The notes beneath the pieces were generated by a model. That model saw only the letters and a program-made list of their open reading frames with translations. It was not told the origin of the DNA and searched no databases. 64,000 nucleotides of DNA, taken from the human T2T-CHM13v2.0 reference genome, Homo sapiens. The position numbers were made by a program, and so were the translations under genes. Positions 42,195-60,961 of this stretch are shown piece by piece. Location of the stretch: NCBI RefSeq assembly GCF_009914755.1, contig NC_060943.1; one strand, 5' to 3'. Position 1 is the stretch's first letter. Every line of letters begins with the position of its first letter.

Positions 42195-42379
42195 GAAAAA
42201 GGCGGTCTGTTATTAGAACTTTTTTCCTCTTTTTTATCCTCTCTCACCCTGGGAGGAGACCTGAAATCACAGGGTAATGGGCAGTGTGATGGCCTGTGTA
42301 CAGAAAAGCAGAGCCTCCCATTCCTAGACACCCAGAGATCCATTCCAGACCAGGCCTCTGTGATATCTCTCAGCTGGAA

Positions 42380-42745
42380 CCAAATTTGTAGAGTTTGCTA
42401 AACACCAAGCAATTCTCCCACACCAACTCACTGTCTGACATTCTCCAACACCAACTCACTGAATTCTGACACCACCCAGAGTCAGCACACACCCTGATTC
42501 AGGGCTCAGTCTCACAACATTGTTCTTACTGAAAAAGCCAGTCACAAACCCCATGGGCCCATCTTTGCTTCTGAGCTACTGTTTAAAAACTGGGGACTCT
42601 CATAACATTCCTCAAATTCAATAATTTTATAGAGCTAGTCACAGAACTCAGGAAAACACTGTAGTTACATTTATCAGTTTATTAGAAAAGATACAATCCA
42701 GGAAAAGTCAAATGGAAGAAATGTATAGGACAAAGAAAAGATGTG
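42380..42745. mobile_element. MER21-like LTR fragment
   Basis: GAATTCTGACAC...CAGGGCTCAGTC...CACAGAACTCAGGAAAACAC...AAATGGAAGAAATGTATAGG. Confidence 0.5.
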
Positions 42746-42748
42746 GGG

Positions 42749-43050
42749 AGGCTGAGCACGGTGGCTCACACCTGTAATCCCAGCACTTTGGGAGGCCAAG
42801 GTGGGCGATCACCTGAGGTTGTGAGTTCAAGACTGGCCTGAACAACATGAAGAAACCTCGTCTCTACTAAAAATACAAAAAAATTAGCTGGGCGTGGTGG
42901 TGCCTGCCTGTAATCCCAGCTACTCAGGAGGCTGAGGCAGGAGAATCGCTCCAACCCAGGAAGTGGAGGTTGTGGTGAGCCAAGATTGTGCCATTGCACT
43001 CAAGCCTGGGCAACAAGAGCAAAACTCTATCTCAAAAAAAAAAAAGAAAG
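42749..43050 (+). mobile_element. Alu
   Basis: Full dimer. Confidence 0.95.
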
Positions 43051-43269
43051 AAAAGAGGTGGGGAAAGATAAAGCATATAGATAATCCTGGTAAATAGCTG
43101 TGATTAATAAAATTCTCTATCCTTTGTGTGCTCCAGGAACAGTTTCTGGAAAGAAACACCCTTCCCATTATGACTTCGATGGTGCTCTCTTTTCTTACCT
43201 ATCACATAGCCAGACACAGACTCTGCACATTGTCTCCTTTTTCTCATTAAAAAATAAATAAATAAATCG

Positions 43270-43583
43270 GGCCGGGCGCGGTAGCTCATGCGTGTAATCC
43301 TAGCACTTTGGGAGGCTGAGGCAGGCGGATCAAAAGGTCAGGAGTTCGAGACCAGCTTGGCCAATATGGTGAAACACGGTCTCTACTAAAAACACAAAAA
43401 TTAGCCAGGCATGATGGCAGATGCCTGTAGTCCCAGCTCCTCAGGAGGCTAAGGCAGGAGAATAGCTTGAACCCGGGAGGCGGAGGTTGCAGTTGAGTCA
43501 AGATCGTGCCACTGCACTCCAGCCTCAGCAACAGAGTGAGACTCTGTCTCAAAAAATAATAATAATAAAAATAAATAAATAAA
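43270..43583 (+). mobile_element. Alu
   Basis: Full dimer. Confidence 0.95.
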
Positions 43584-44436
43584 TCAGCTGAGTTTGTTTT
43601 CAGTGGTCAACCTAAAATATTTCTTAATCAAACATTACTTATTTAAACAGGCTTCTGAACTTTGAGCTACCCTCAGTCTGAGTCAACATACAACCTTATT
43701 TTTATGTAGTTCCTAAGTACATGATGACTTCAGTGTAAAACATTCTCTGATCTAAAATCTCTTTCTTTCACCCTCCATTCGCCATCCCCTCCGACCTCCT
43801 CTCTAATATGGTTTGCTCTTCCATATGAAACAAGGCCCTTGTCTGCCTAAACTTAGCAATCCTTAAAGATCTTATAGTTGGTATTTCCTCCTGTTGCAAT
43901 ACCCTTTTGGAATTCAATTCTTTTTTCAACATAAATCTAACTTCGTTTTATTTTACAAAGTCTAGAAACTATCTCAAAACAATAACAATTTCATCTTCAG
44001 TAAGACCCTCCCAATCCCCTTTCATCTTAACCTTAACTGCATCTGCCTGTGGGTCCCCAGCTTTCCAGGGTTCTGTGGCTTCCCTCAGGATAAAGTCTCC
44101 TTCCATGACTGGGGTGAGCAGGCTGGGATATCTGCAGAGAAGACTCCCCAGAAAAAACTAACTGATCCTTTAATAACCTCCTTTTGCAGGCTCAGTATTA
44201 GCCTTAGCTTAGAGTCACTGGGCTCAGGCTTTAATCTTCATGTCAGAGTTATTCCCTTGGTTTTTGAAAGTAAGTGTTCGAAAAATTCAGTGCAATTACT
44301 CTAACACAGTGTTCATATAAGGGAAGGAAATTTTAAGGTGCTTACACTTTATATCTCAATAAGAGAAACAAAAGTATCTATTCTTTTCAGACAATAAATG
44401 TATTATTTTACTATTTCCATTAAAAATCATGTAGTA

Positions 44437-44753
<317 letters not shown>

Positions 44754-46373
44754 TCATATGGAAACATTTCTAGAAGGTACAAAGTTTCAGCATGAAACTC
44801 AGATAGCAAAGTAATAGGATACAGAATAGAGATAGTCACTGTTACAAATTTACCCTGCAAAAGGAGGAACTGATGTTTTCATGAATCTAAGGAACTCACC
44901 AATTACCACCTTTTCTTGTGGAAATATGTGCATTTTCTAAAGCCAAAATGGAAGAGAGATTTTCCCTATTTTTCTTCCTTGGTAGCATTTGAAAAGTCAA
45001 GCCTTGAAATTCTGTTTAAAATCACCCAACCATAAAAAACACACCAGAGAAAATTCCTAAAGTCATTCTGGGAAAAAGGTAAATGAAAATTTTTAACAAA
45101 TGGAATATACAATTCAATATTAATTTTATTCTGAAACCCATCTCTTTTTTGCCCTTGGTTAAGTATTTTCTTACCTTTCAATCCCTACTAACAAAATGCA
45201 ATTTACAGTTAAAAAACTGAGGTCAAAATAAGTGAACAAATCTTTTCAAGGTACAGATGTGTCTGATTCATGTGTCAAGTCAGGCCATCCAATCACTTAA
45301 GAGATTCTCCCACCCCATTCTCCTCACTTAAGTGCCCAATAACTCCTTCTCAGGAGACTCTGAACTATGCCCCAGTGAGTGCCCCAGGTAAGAACTTTTC
45401 AAGTTCTTACACCATCTCATTGGGGTCACTTTTTTTTTTTTTTTTTTTTTTTGTCGTTTGGGACACTATTTTTGATTTCACAGATTCTCACTATTTTTCT
45501 TTCACTATTTTTTCATTATATTTCACTATTGTTCTGCTCCCTTAAAGAATGCAGGGGGCAGAAATTATTTCTGTGTTTTCCCCGCAATACCAGCATCTGA
45601 TTGGCTGACCAGCAATGTGTCTTCAAAAAATGGAAGCTGGGTTGGGTGAAGACAATCTTAATGTCTCAAGGGTTAGCTTTTCAAAGGAAGAGTATACCAG
45701 GAGAGACCTCTCAACCCCAGGGCATCTGCCTTCTTCGTTGAAAGGCTACACTCCACACCTCAGGTTGTCCTACTGGAGAAAATGACCAGGAGCTGATATT
45801 CACTAGACACTCTAGCAGACATAGCCATGGGGAATATTTTAGCTAATTCCCAGACAGTACTGAAACCCAGGACCAGGGAAAAAACTGAAGAATGGCTGAA
45901 AACACATCATAAAGTTTCCAAAGGAAAACCTTTACCTTTACCCCAAAACATTCTGCTAAAATCTGTGGAGCAAGGAGGAAAAAAAAAAAGCGGCACAAAG
46001 ATTTTTTACAACACAGTGTCAGGGGATTATTTTTTGCTTTCTTCTCTTAGGAAATATTCACAAACAGAAAACAAATATTATGAAAAGTACCATCCAATGC
46101 TTTGTTAAAAAATAAAATACAGTATCAAAATGTACACTAAGGACAAATAGTAATGTGAATCAGAGAGGGAAAATTGACATTATGAACTGGAAGTTTAGTA
46201 TTTTATTGCAAGCCAGAGTTAGGCTGCAGGAATTGGGGTTTGGGAGTAGACATAATACTCTGCTTGAGATACCTGTAAAAAATGGAGGGGAAAATCAGTC
46301 ATCTGAGGAGTGTGAAAATAATTAAAAATAATTAAGTGGCAGGCAAATAGACTGAGGTGGCTCTAGTGCCTGA

Positions 46374-46993
<620 letters not shown>

Positions 46994-47019
46994 TGATAAT
47001 CTACTTTTTAAAAAATCTA

Positions 47020-47327
<308 letters not shown>

Positions 47328-47689
47328 TTAATAATTCAAGTGCTTTTTTTTTTGTAAATTACTACATTGGGGGAAACAAAATTCAGGCTTAACCAACTAT
47401 AAACTACAATTAACCTCTGATTATATAAACGGGAAATTTCCATCTTGATTGTACAAATTAAGAATCTACGTAACTGTACATAACCCATTACTGAATTTGG
47501 TTTTCTTCATTATGCACCTTATAAAACTCTTTCCGTCAAATCCCTTCCATAGACCATAAACTACAAACCACAGCTGGGTGCTCTGCCATTTTTGAATCAC
47601 TCTTTGATTAAATCCTTTATTACTTTAGTGATGACTGCCATCAATTTTTAATAGGAGAAAAGAGGGACTGGAAACCTCACTGGACCAAA

Positions 47690-48330
47690 GCTCTTCCCAT
47701 TCATGAACCCGCACCCGGAGTCAGGATTCTCCCCTGACGCCCCTCCCGTGGTCCCTGCACAATCTGTGAGAGAGGAGGCGCTGCGGGTGAAGAGCGGCCC
47801 AGAGAGGGCTCCAGGCCAGGGCATAGTCACAGTGCAGGAAGGAGGCAGGTGGCCCGGGGTCCCGCAGTCAGCGCAGCCGCCATCTTATGGCTGAAGGAGA
47901 CTGAGGCCGAGCTGGGCAAGAGCTCGGGGCGCAGACTGTGGAGCTCACTGAGGGGAGGCCTGAGTCCCGCCACAGCCACTTTCCACCGGTTCCAGTCAGC
48001 CCCTTCCCCTTCTCAGGATATCGGACCCGGCACTCTCACCATTTCTAAGCTTCCAGGGGGTCCTGGCGTCCTAGCTGTGGATCTCCAAATACCTACAGGT
48101 CACAGGGCCACAGAGGCTAAGGACACAGAGCAGTAAAAACGAGATCCGGAGCTCCAGCTGGAACCAGAAACAACGGCCCCGCCACATCCCACAAGCCGCC
48201 CTTTCCGCTCCAGCTGAGTGCCTGATTGGACGGTTCCCAGCCCAGAGTCCCTGATTGGATAATGTTTAAATCCCCGCCTCCTCAGGCCCTGAGTGACAGA
48301 AGATGTGATCTGATGCTGAGCTGAATGAAG
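47690..48330 (-). promoter_or_regulatory. ZNF99 GC/CpG-rich promoter and exon 1 region: two CCAAT boxes (48225-48229, 48254-48258), GC box (48272-48280), YY1 consensus in intron 1 (47876-47886)
   Basis: ATTGG x2 29 bp apart; CCCCGCCTC; GCCGCCATCTT; layout typical of ZNF91-subfamily promoters. Confidence 0.8.
48040..48042 (-). CDS. ZNF99: ZNF99 exon 1 coding part (ATG only)
   Basis: GGAAGCTTAGAAATG|GTGAGAGTGCCGG, the classic ZNF91-family first-exon junction; phase 0 matches exon 2. Confidence 0.9.
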
Positions 48331-48337
48331 AGTGACG

Positions 48338-48782
<445 letters not shown>

Positions 48783-48989
48783 TTATTCACAAATGAAAAG
48801 AATATAACAATTATCTAAAATTTTCAGAGTTTATGACCTTCCTGGCTTCTGGTTTTTTCATCAGATTGCCTGAGGTTTTAAAAAGAAGGCAATCCTCTGA
48901 AATAAAATTGTATTTTAAATTTTCTAGTAGCCAAACTTTAAAAATTAAAAAAAAAAAAAACAGGTGGAATTTATTGTAGCAATTTAATT

Positions 48990-49190
48990 AACCCAATATA
49001 TCCAAAATATCATCTTAATACGTAAGCAAAATGTAAATTATAAATGAAGTGTAGATATTTTTTGGAACTTCATCTTTGAAACTAACTCTGTATTTTACCT
49101 TTCCAGCACATCACAGTTCAGACCAGCCACATTCCAGGCACTCAGTCGCCACACATGGCCAGTAGCTGCCACATTGAAGTGCAGCTCTGA
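48990..49190. mobile_element. MER33/MER3-like DNA transposon fragment
   Basis: CCAGCCACATTCCAGGCACTCAGTCGCCACACATGGCCAGTAGCTGCCACATTG. Confidence 0.6.
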
Positions 49191-50492
49191 CCTTAGGAGA
49201 GGGAAGGGCCTGAACAAACCTTTTCTGCCAAAGATGGAAAAAGAGCCTTTCCCTACCAACATCTCTCTTCAGCTCTGAGGGAGGAACAGATAGTAGCCAT
49301 AAATAAAGCACAGGACAGCAGGAAAAAACAACCACAGGTAGACCACTGCTGGCCACCTGTTGCCTACCTTTATTCCAGAGATCAGAAGGTGAACTAAGGA
49401 TGGTAAGGCCACAGGAGAAGAAATCTCTGTGTCTTCAAATCTGTGCACAGTCTTGACCTCCAATGTTTAGATATGAAGAAAATAGATTAAAGGAAAACTT
49501 ACTTTTCTATTTGTCCTTGGCCCTAATGGTCAGGCTGTGGTTATCTGTTTTCTCCTGTGGTATGGGGGACTGTGTGAGTATAGGCACCAATTACATGCAT
49601 ACATGTCCACATATATTTCTGCATTACTCAGCATTCTCTTACGAGGCCTCCAACTTTATATCAGGGGAAAAATCAGTACCTATAGGGTACCCACTGTTAG
49701 AAGAGAACTAGTAATCAACTTGTCAATGAATCCTGGCATCCTATCTGCACTGGGTGCATGTATTAATTAGCTATTGCAGCACAACAAATCATTCAAAACT
49801 TATTTGCTCATAATTGAGATGGTCAGCTATTTAGGGTGGGCTCAGTGAGGCTGTTCTTTTTGTCTCAGCTGAGCTCCTCCAGACATGTATCTTCAGCTGT
49901 TTGTTGAATAGGCAGCTGTGCTTCTGGGGATGAGCTTCTGCTTCTGGGGCTGTCAACAGGGGCAACTTGCTTCTCCTCCCCATGGTATCTTATCCTCCAG
50001 CTGGCTAACATGGGCTTTATTCATGGAGATGGCAGCATTCTGAAAGAAAAACAGAAGCATTCAAGACCTTTTGAGCCTACGCCCCAAACTAGTACATTGT
50101 CATGTTCACAGGTTTCTACTGCCCTGAGTGAATAAGGCCAGCAAAATCTAGGGTTTGAAAAGCATTCTGGATCTTGATGGGAACAGCTCTAAAAGCACCT
50201 ACAATGGGCATGGATACAGGAAAAACTAGAAATTGCTACCATTTTTGAAATCAGTATCATTCTGCCTTTGTTTATTTGTTTGTTTGTTTTGCATATGTGG
50301 TTTATAGAACTCTTTCACATCAAGAATCTTGTCCAAAGACACACAGCTACTAAGTGGCTGGGCTGAGACTCAGGATCAACTCTGTCTGACTCCAAAGCCC
50401 ACACACCTCCATAGATGACACTACTAAAGTAGCTGCCCTAGACCCTTGAAGTGTCCTGGAGGGTGACACTTCCACAGTAGAAGCCAGATTCC

Positions 50493-51590
<1,098 letters not shown>

Positions 51591-51629
51591 TTATTTTTCA
51601 TCACAGAAAAAATTTGAAAACTTTTAAAA

Positions 51630-52030
51630 GAAAAATACTTTAGAGAAATTAAATTTAAAAGAGTTTAAATGGGCAAAGAATGATTTGCAAATTGGGCAGC
51701 CTGTGGAGCCAGAGTAGGCTCAGAGAGACTGCAGCATAGCCACATGGTGGAAAAAGATTTATGGACAGAAAAAGCAAAGTGACATACAGAAAATGGGGGT
51801 GAGATACAGAAACAGCCAGATTGATTACAGCTTGAGATTTGCCTTACTCAAACATGGTTTAAACAGCTGATGTTGTTTTATTGCCAAAAACACAGTAGTT
51901 GGTAGAAGAGTGGGTTACAGTCTATTCACATATCCAGTTAGGTTTCAGTTTACTATGTACAGAAAACCTATTGACAAAAATTAAACAGAAAAGACGGCAG
52001 CTTTAGGCTATAACTGATTTAACAATTTCT
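51630..52030 (-). mobile_element. ERV1 LTR (MER57/MER4-group-like)
   Basis: GAGTTTAAATGGGCAAAGAATGATTTGCAAATTGGGCAGCC...AGATTTATGGACAGAAAAAG. Confidence 0.55.
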
Positions 52031-52189
52031 CCCTTTTGGTCATCTTCTCAATTTTGAGAGATAAACCAAAACTTTAGACATTGATAGCACTCTGTCACCA
52101 TCAAAAGTGTACTTATTTAGTCTCAAATCCCACTGTGAAATAGCAGAACTGTGGGTTTTGTAAAGCGAAAACAAGGACTTCAGGTTATT

Positions 52190-52504
52190 ATTATTACTAT
52201 TATTATTGTTGTTATTTTTTTTGAGACAGAGTTTTGCTCTTGTTGCTCAGGCTAGAGTGCAATGGCATGATCTTGGCTCACCGCAACCTCTGCCTCCCAG
52301 GTTCAAGCGATTCTCCTGCCTCAGCCTCCTGAGTAGCTGAGATTACAGGCATGCACCACCACGGCCGGCTAATTTTGTATTTTCAGTAGAGACCAGGTTT
52401 CTCTATGATGGTCAGGCTAGTCTTGAACTCCCAACCTCAGGTGATCCGCCCGCCTTGGCCTCCCAAAGTGCTAGGATTATAGGTGTGAGCCACCGTGCTT
52501 GGCC
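52190..52504 (-). mobile_element. Alu (Sp-like)
   Basis: Reverse dimer. Confidence 0.95.
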
Positions 52505-53608
52505 CTATTTTTTTTAAAAAAGGAATTACAGTAGAGGGAAACTCCTTGTGTTAAAATCTGCTGTTTACAGAAGAAAGCAAAGCCTGGACTGCTTTAGGAT
52601 CTACTTATTTCCTTACATTTTTAGTGTGATTATGTCATATTTAGCATGAGTGACTCCATACAATAATGGATTTTTTAAAAATTCTCAGATAATTTCCTCA
52701 TGCTTTTTTCCAGATAATTTTATTCTTCATCACAGGCCATTTTTTGGTTGTTTTTCTTTTTCTTTTTTTAATTTTTTAAATTTTTTTTTTAACCATTGGT
52801 TCATTTTGCCTGACATCATACAATACGTATTATTTTATTTCAAGCTTGTCTTATCTGGCAGATTTATGAGATACATCCAGAGTGTGTGATTTAGTAGTTC
52901 ATTTTTTTCTATGGCTGGATGGTATTCTCTTGTATGAATGAGATACAATTTGTTCATCTATTTTTATAGAGATGGATATTTAGTTTGTTCCTTGCTGTAA
53001 GCTATATGACCAAAAACGCCTATAAACATTCTTGTACAAATACTTTTTGGTATATAACTAAATTCCTTTATTAGCATTTAAGTGACACCTCTTTACATTT
53101 CTTAGTGGTTTCTCCAGGGATCACTATATGCATCTGTAACATATCACGATCTACCTAGAGTTTATACTGTACTATTTTAATAAATGTAAAATATGAAAAC
53201 CTTGCTGTTGAAGAGTTTCAATTACCTCTTTTTATTCATATATTTTACATCTACACATCATTATATCTCACAATACCGTGTTATAACTTTTCCTTAAATA
53301 GTCATAAGTCTTATAGAGAAATTGACAGTAAATAGTGTTTATAAATATTTGGAGGCAGGTACTTTGGGGCTATGTAAATACACTATTTATCCTTTAAATC
53401 TTACCCACAATTTTTGCATTTTAAAGTACACCTTGTCTACAGTAATTATTACTGTGGTGTCTTAGTGGTGATTTTCTATTTTGCATTATGTGTCTACATT
53501 GATTAGTACTTGGAATTTTGTAAAAAACATTTTTTCTCTTTCTTTTTTTATTTATTTATTTTTCTATCTGTAGGGATTCATGAATTTTTTTTATTCTCTA
53601 GGTTTTAA

Positions 53609-53999
<391 letters not shown>

Positions 54000-54427
54000 T
54001 GCTTCTGTTGTTTATAAACCACTTTTAAACTTTCTGACTTCACAATACTCTACCTTAATTTGGATTTTCCACTCCAGTGCTAGAATTGTCTATTATTACA
54101 AGTAGTCTTGCTTTTTTTTTAATTGAAGAATAGTACTTAGAAACCGTGATATAGAGCTAGGTGTGCCCATTAATACTGGGGTGTCACTGCTTCTGCAACC
54201 TCTCAGCAAACAGAGTTTGGAAAGGTACATATTAATATTGACTCCTGTATGAACACATCTCTCTCTTTCTCTCTCTCTCAATGGATATGTTATGACACAT
54301 GCATTTATCCAAATATTCTCAACTCGTCTAGAATTATCTTTTTTTTTCAACTTCAGTTAGAAGCAGGCACTAATTATGTTACATATATATACTAACATAT
54401 AGAGTGCTTTTAAAGATTGCTAATCTA

Positions 54428-54737
54428 GGCCAGGTGCAGTGGCTCACGCCTGTAATCCCAGCACTTTGGGAGGCTGAGGCAGGAGGATCTCGAGGTCAGG
54501 AGATCGAGACCATCCTGGCCAACATGGTGAAACCCTGTCTCTACTAAAAGTGCAAAAATTAGCTTGGCGTGGTGGCATGTGTCTGTAATCCCAGCTACTT
54601 GGGGGCTGAGGCAGGAGAATCGCTTGAACCAGGGAGTCAGAGGTTGCAGTGAGCTGAGATAGCACCACTGCACTCCAGCCTGGTAACAGAGTGACACTCC
54701 ATCTAAAAAATAAATAAATAAATAAATAAATAAATAA
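54428..54737 (+). mobile_element. Alu (Sc-like)
   Basis: TSD TGCTAATCTA. Confidence 0.93.
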
Positions 54738-55985
54738 ATGCTAATCTATACGCTTATAGACAAGCAATACCTACCAGAACACAATGTTTGTGTTCAGTTC
54801 TTGAGTCTTGCAGTATTTAATCAAAATACTGTTATTCAAAGTGATTTACACCAAGTCCTTTTATTCCAACGTTTTTCAATAGGGTTAGGTGATACATTTC
54901 TAGTAAGGTTAAGCTCTTCTTTTTACTACCTGCATTTTACCTGAATTTTCCCCAAATCCTTGTTTTTTATAATTTGCAGAGAGGAAAAATTTATTCTTTG
55001 TGATGTACAGTTCCATAAGTTTTGAAAACTGTCTAGAGTCACATAGCCATCTTCACAGTACCACACAGAACTGCTTCATTGCCCCCAAAATTATCTGATG
55101 CTTCCTATTTATAGTTAACTCTACCCTCATCTATTCTTTGGCAATCAGTGATTATTTTCTTTTTATTTTTCTTTTGTAGGGAGGTCTTTCTATGTTGCCC
55201 AGGCTGGTCTCAAAATCCTGGGCTCAAACAATCCTCTCAGCTCAGCCTCCCAAAGTGCTGAGATTATATGCTTGAGCCATCAAGCGTGGCCTGATTATTA
55301 TCAATCCCTACAACTTTATTTTTCTACAATGCCATATAATTGGATTATATAATTTGTACCCTATCGGATCTTACTTTCTTCACTTAAAGAAATGCATTTG
55401 TGACTCATCTATACTGTGATGTCGATCAATGGTTTTTGTTTGTTTGTTTGTTTATTGACAACTAGGATTCTATTGTATGGATGCCCCAGTTTGTTTATTC
55501 ATTCACCTGTTGAGAAGCATCTGGTTTACATCTAGCTTTTTGCAATTACAAATAAAGTGAGCAATAGACATCTACAAAAAGGTTTCATTTCTACATTAGT
55601 TTTCAGTTTGCTTTAGTAATAACCTAGCAGTGGGATGTCGTGGTAACATAATAAGTGTATGTTCAACTTTGTAATAAGCCACTAAAGTGTTTTCCAAAGT
55701 TATATCATTTCATATTTCTAGTTCTAGTTAACCCAAATTTTCATCCACACTCTTTGAAATTTTTCTTTTTACGATTGCCATTATCATATTTGTGTGTGAT
55801 CTCATTGTTATTCATGCTTCATTTTTTTCCATTTCTGTTGGGAAACCCGAATTATATAATCAGTGCAGAAAGAAATGTATAAAATGCTTAGGCATTAGCC
55901 TTGGATTCTGGAAACTGACTTCCAGAAATCTGCTATGCAATTAGAGCTTTACAAACATTAAAAAAAATAGTTTATTATCTGTGGT

Positions 55986-56964
<979 letters not shown>

Positions 56965-57063
56965 TCAAAAGCAAATACTAAAATTCAAAACAAATTGAAA
57001 TAAAAATAACTAAATATTATATAGATAATATGACCAGAAAGAGAGACGTTTAGTTTTCTTGAC

Positions 57064-57405
<342 letters not shown>

Positions 57406-59125
57406 GACTTTATTTATTTATTTACATTTTATTTTGCTTTAAGTTCCGAGATACATGTGCAGAACCTGCAGTTTGTTACATAGGTAAATATGTACCATGG
57501 TGGTTTGCTGCACCTATTTACCAATCACCTCAGTATTAAGCCCCACATTAATTAGCTATTTGTCCTGATGCTGTCCCTCCCCTTGCCCCTCTGACAGGCC
57601 CGGGTGAGCGTTGCTCCTCTTTCTGTGTCCATGTGTTCTCATTGTTCAGCTCTCACATCTGAGTCAGTAATGCAATGTTTGGTTTTCTTTTCCTGTGTTA
57701 GTTTGCTGAGGATGATGGCTTCCAGCTTCATCCATCTTCCTGCAAAGGACATGATCTCATTCTTTTCTTATGGCTGCATAGTACTCCATGGTGTACATGT
57801 ACTAAATTTTCTTTATCCAGCCTATCATTGATGGGCATTTGGGTTGGTTCCATGTCTTTGCTATTGTGAATAGTGCTGTAATAAACATAAGTGTGCATGT
57901 ATCTTTGTAACAGAATGATTTACATTCCTTTGAGTATATACCCAGTAATAGGATTTCTGGGTCAAATGACATTTCTGGTTCTAGATCCTTGAGGAATTGC
58001 CACACTGTCTTCCACAATGGTTTAACTAATTTACACTCCCACCAACAGTGTAAAAGCATTCCTATTTCTCCACAGCCTCACCAGCATCTGTTGTTTCTTC
58101 ACTTTTTAATAATCACCATTCTGACTGACATGAGATGGTATCTCACTGTAGTTTTGATTCGCATTTCTCTTATGATCGTAATGTTGAGCTTTTTTTCATA
58201 TGTTTGTTGGCTGAATGAATGTCTTCTTTAGAGAAGTGTCTATTCATGTCTTTTGCCCACTTTTTGACAGGGTTGTTTTTTTCTTGTAAATTTGTTTAAG
58301 TTTCCTGTAAATTCTGGATATTAGACCGTTGTCAAATGGGTAGATTGCAAAAATTTTCTCCCATTCTGTAGATTGCCTGTTCGCTCTGATGATAGTTTCT
58401 TTTTCTGTGCAGAAGCTTTTTTGTTTAACTAGATCTCTTTGTAAATTTTTGCTTTTGTTGCAATCGCTTTCAGCCATTTCATTATAAAATCTTCACCCAT
58501 GTTTATCTCTTCAATGGTATTGCCTAGATTTTCTTCTAGAGTTTTTATGGTTTGGGGTTTTACATTTAAGCCTTTAATTCATCTTGAGTTAATTTTTGTA
58601 TAAGGTATAGGAGAGGGGTCCAGTTTCAGTTTGCTGCACATGGCTAGCCAGTTTTTCCAGCATCATTTATTAAGTAGGGAATATTTTCCCCATTGCTTGT
58701 TTCTGTCAGGTTTCTCAAATATCAGATGGTTGTAGATGTGTGTTCTTATTTCTGAGGTCTCTATTCTGTTTCATTGGTCAATGTGTCAGTACCATGCTGT
58801 TTTGGTTACTGTAGCCTTGTATAGTTTGAGGTCAAGTAGCATGATGCCTTCAGCTTTGTTATTTTCACTTAGAATTTTCTTGGCTACGCAGGCTCTTTTT
58901 TGGTTCCATATGAATTTTAAAGTAGCTTTTTCTAGTTCTGTGAAGAATCTCAAAGGTAGTTTGATGGGAATACCATTGAATGTATAAATTACTTTGGGCA
59001 GTATGGCCATTTTCATGATATTGATTCTTCCTATCCATGAGGATGAAATGTTTTTCCATTTGTTTGTATCCTCTCTTATTTCTTTGAGCAGTGGTGTGTA
59101 GTTCTTTTTTTTTTCTTCTTCTTGA

Positions 59126-59284
<159 letters not shown>

Positions 59285-59918
59285 TAGTAGAGACGGGGTT
59301 TCTCCATGTTGGTCAGGCTGGTCTTGAACTCCTGACCTCAGGTGATCTGCCCACCTGGGCTTCCCAAAGTGCTGGGATTACAGGCATGAGCCACCGTGAC
59401 CAGCCTGGTGTGTAGTTCTTTTTGAGGAGGTCCTTCACATCCCTTGTTAGCTGTATTCCTAGGTATTTTATTCTCTTGTAGCAATTGTGAATGAAAATTC
59501 ATGCATGATTTCAAAATCTGCTTGTTTATTGTTGGTGTATAAAAATACTTGTAATTTTTGCACATTGATTTTGTATCCAGAGACTTTGCTGAAGTTGCTT
59601 ATCAGCTTAAGGAGTTTTTGGGCTAAGACAATGGGATTTTCTAGATACAGCATCATATCATCTACAGAGACTATTTGACTTCCTCTCTTCCTATTTCAAC
59701 ACCCTTTATTTCTTTCTCTTGCCTGATTTTCCTGGCCAGAACTTCAAATACTATGTTGAATAGGAGTGGTGAGAGAGGGCATTTTGTCTTGTGCTGATTT
59801 TCCAGAATGCTTCCAGGTTTTGCCTATTCAATATGATATTGGCTGTGGATTTTTCATAAATACATCTTATTATTTTGAGGTATGGTTTTTCAATACCTAG
59901 TTTATTGAGAGTTATTAA

Positions 59919-60251
<333 letters not shown>

Positions 60252-60254
60252 TGA

Positions 60255-60542
<288 letters not shown>

Positions 60543-60961
60543 TGATTCGCCCACCTCAGCCTCCCAAAGTGGTGGGATTACAGGCGTGAGTCACCAGCCG
60601 GCCGTTATTGAAGAATTTTACTGCACCTATTGAGATAATCATGTGGTTTTTGTCATTGTTTCTGTTTATGTGATAGATTACATTTATTGATTTGCATATG
60701 TTAAGTGAGCTTTGCATCCCAGTGATGAAGGTGACTTGTTTGTGGTGGATAACTTCTTGATGTGCTGCTGGATTCGGTTTGCCAGTATTTTATTGAGGAT
60801 ATTCACATTAATGTTCTTCAGAGATATTAGCCTGAAGTTTTCTTTTTTTGTTGTGTCTCTGCCAGGTTTCGGTGTCAGGATGATGCTGGTCTCATAAAAT
60901 GAGTAGGGAGGAGTCTCTTCTTTTCAATTATTTGGAATAGTTTCAGAAGAAATGGTACCAG

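Noticed and set aside
42410-42470. ~28-bp tandem duplication ATTCTCC(C/A)ACACCAACTCACTG
   Set aside because: Simple local slippage inside an LTR fragment; no functional indication.
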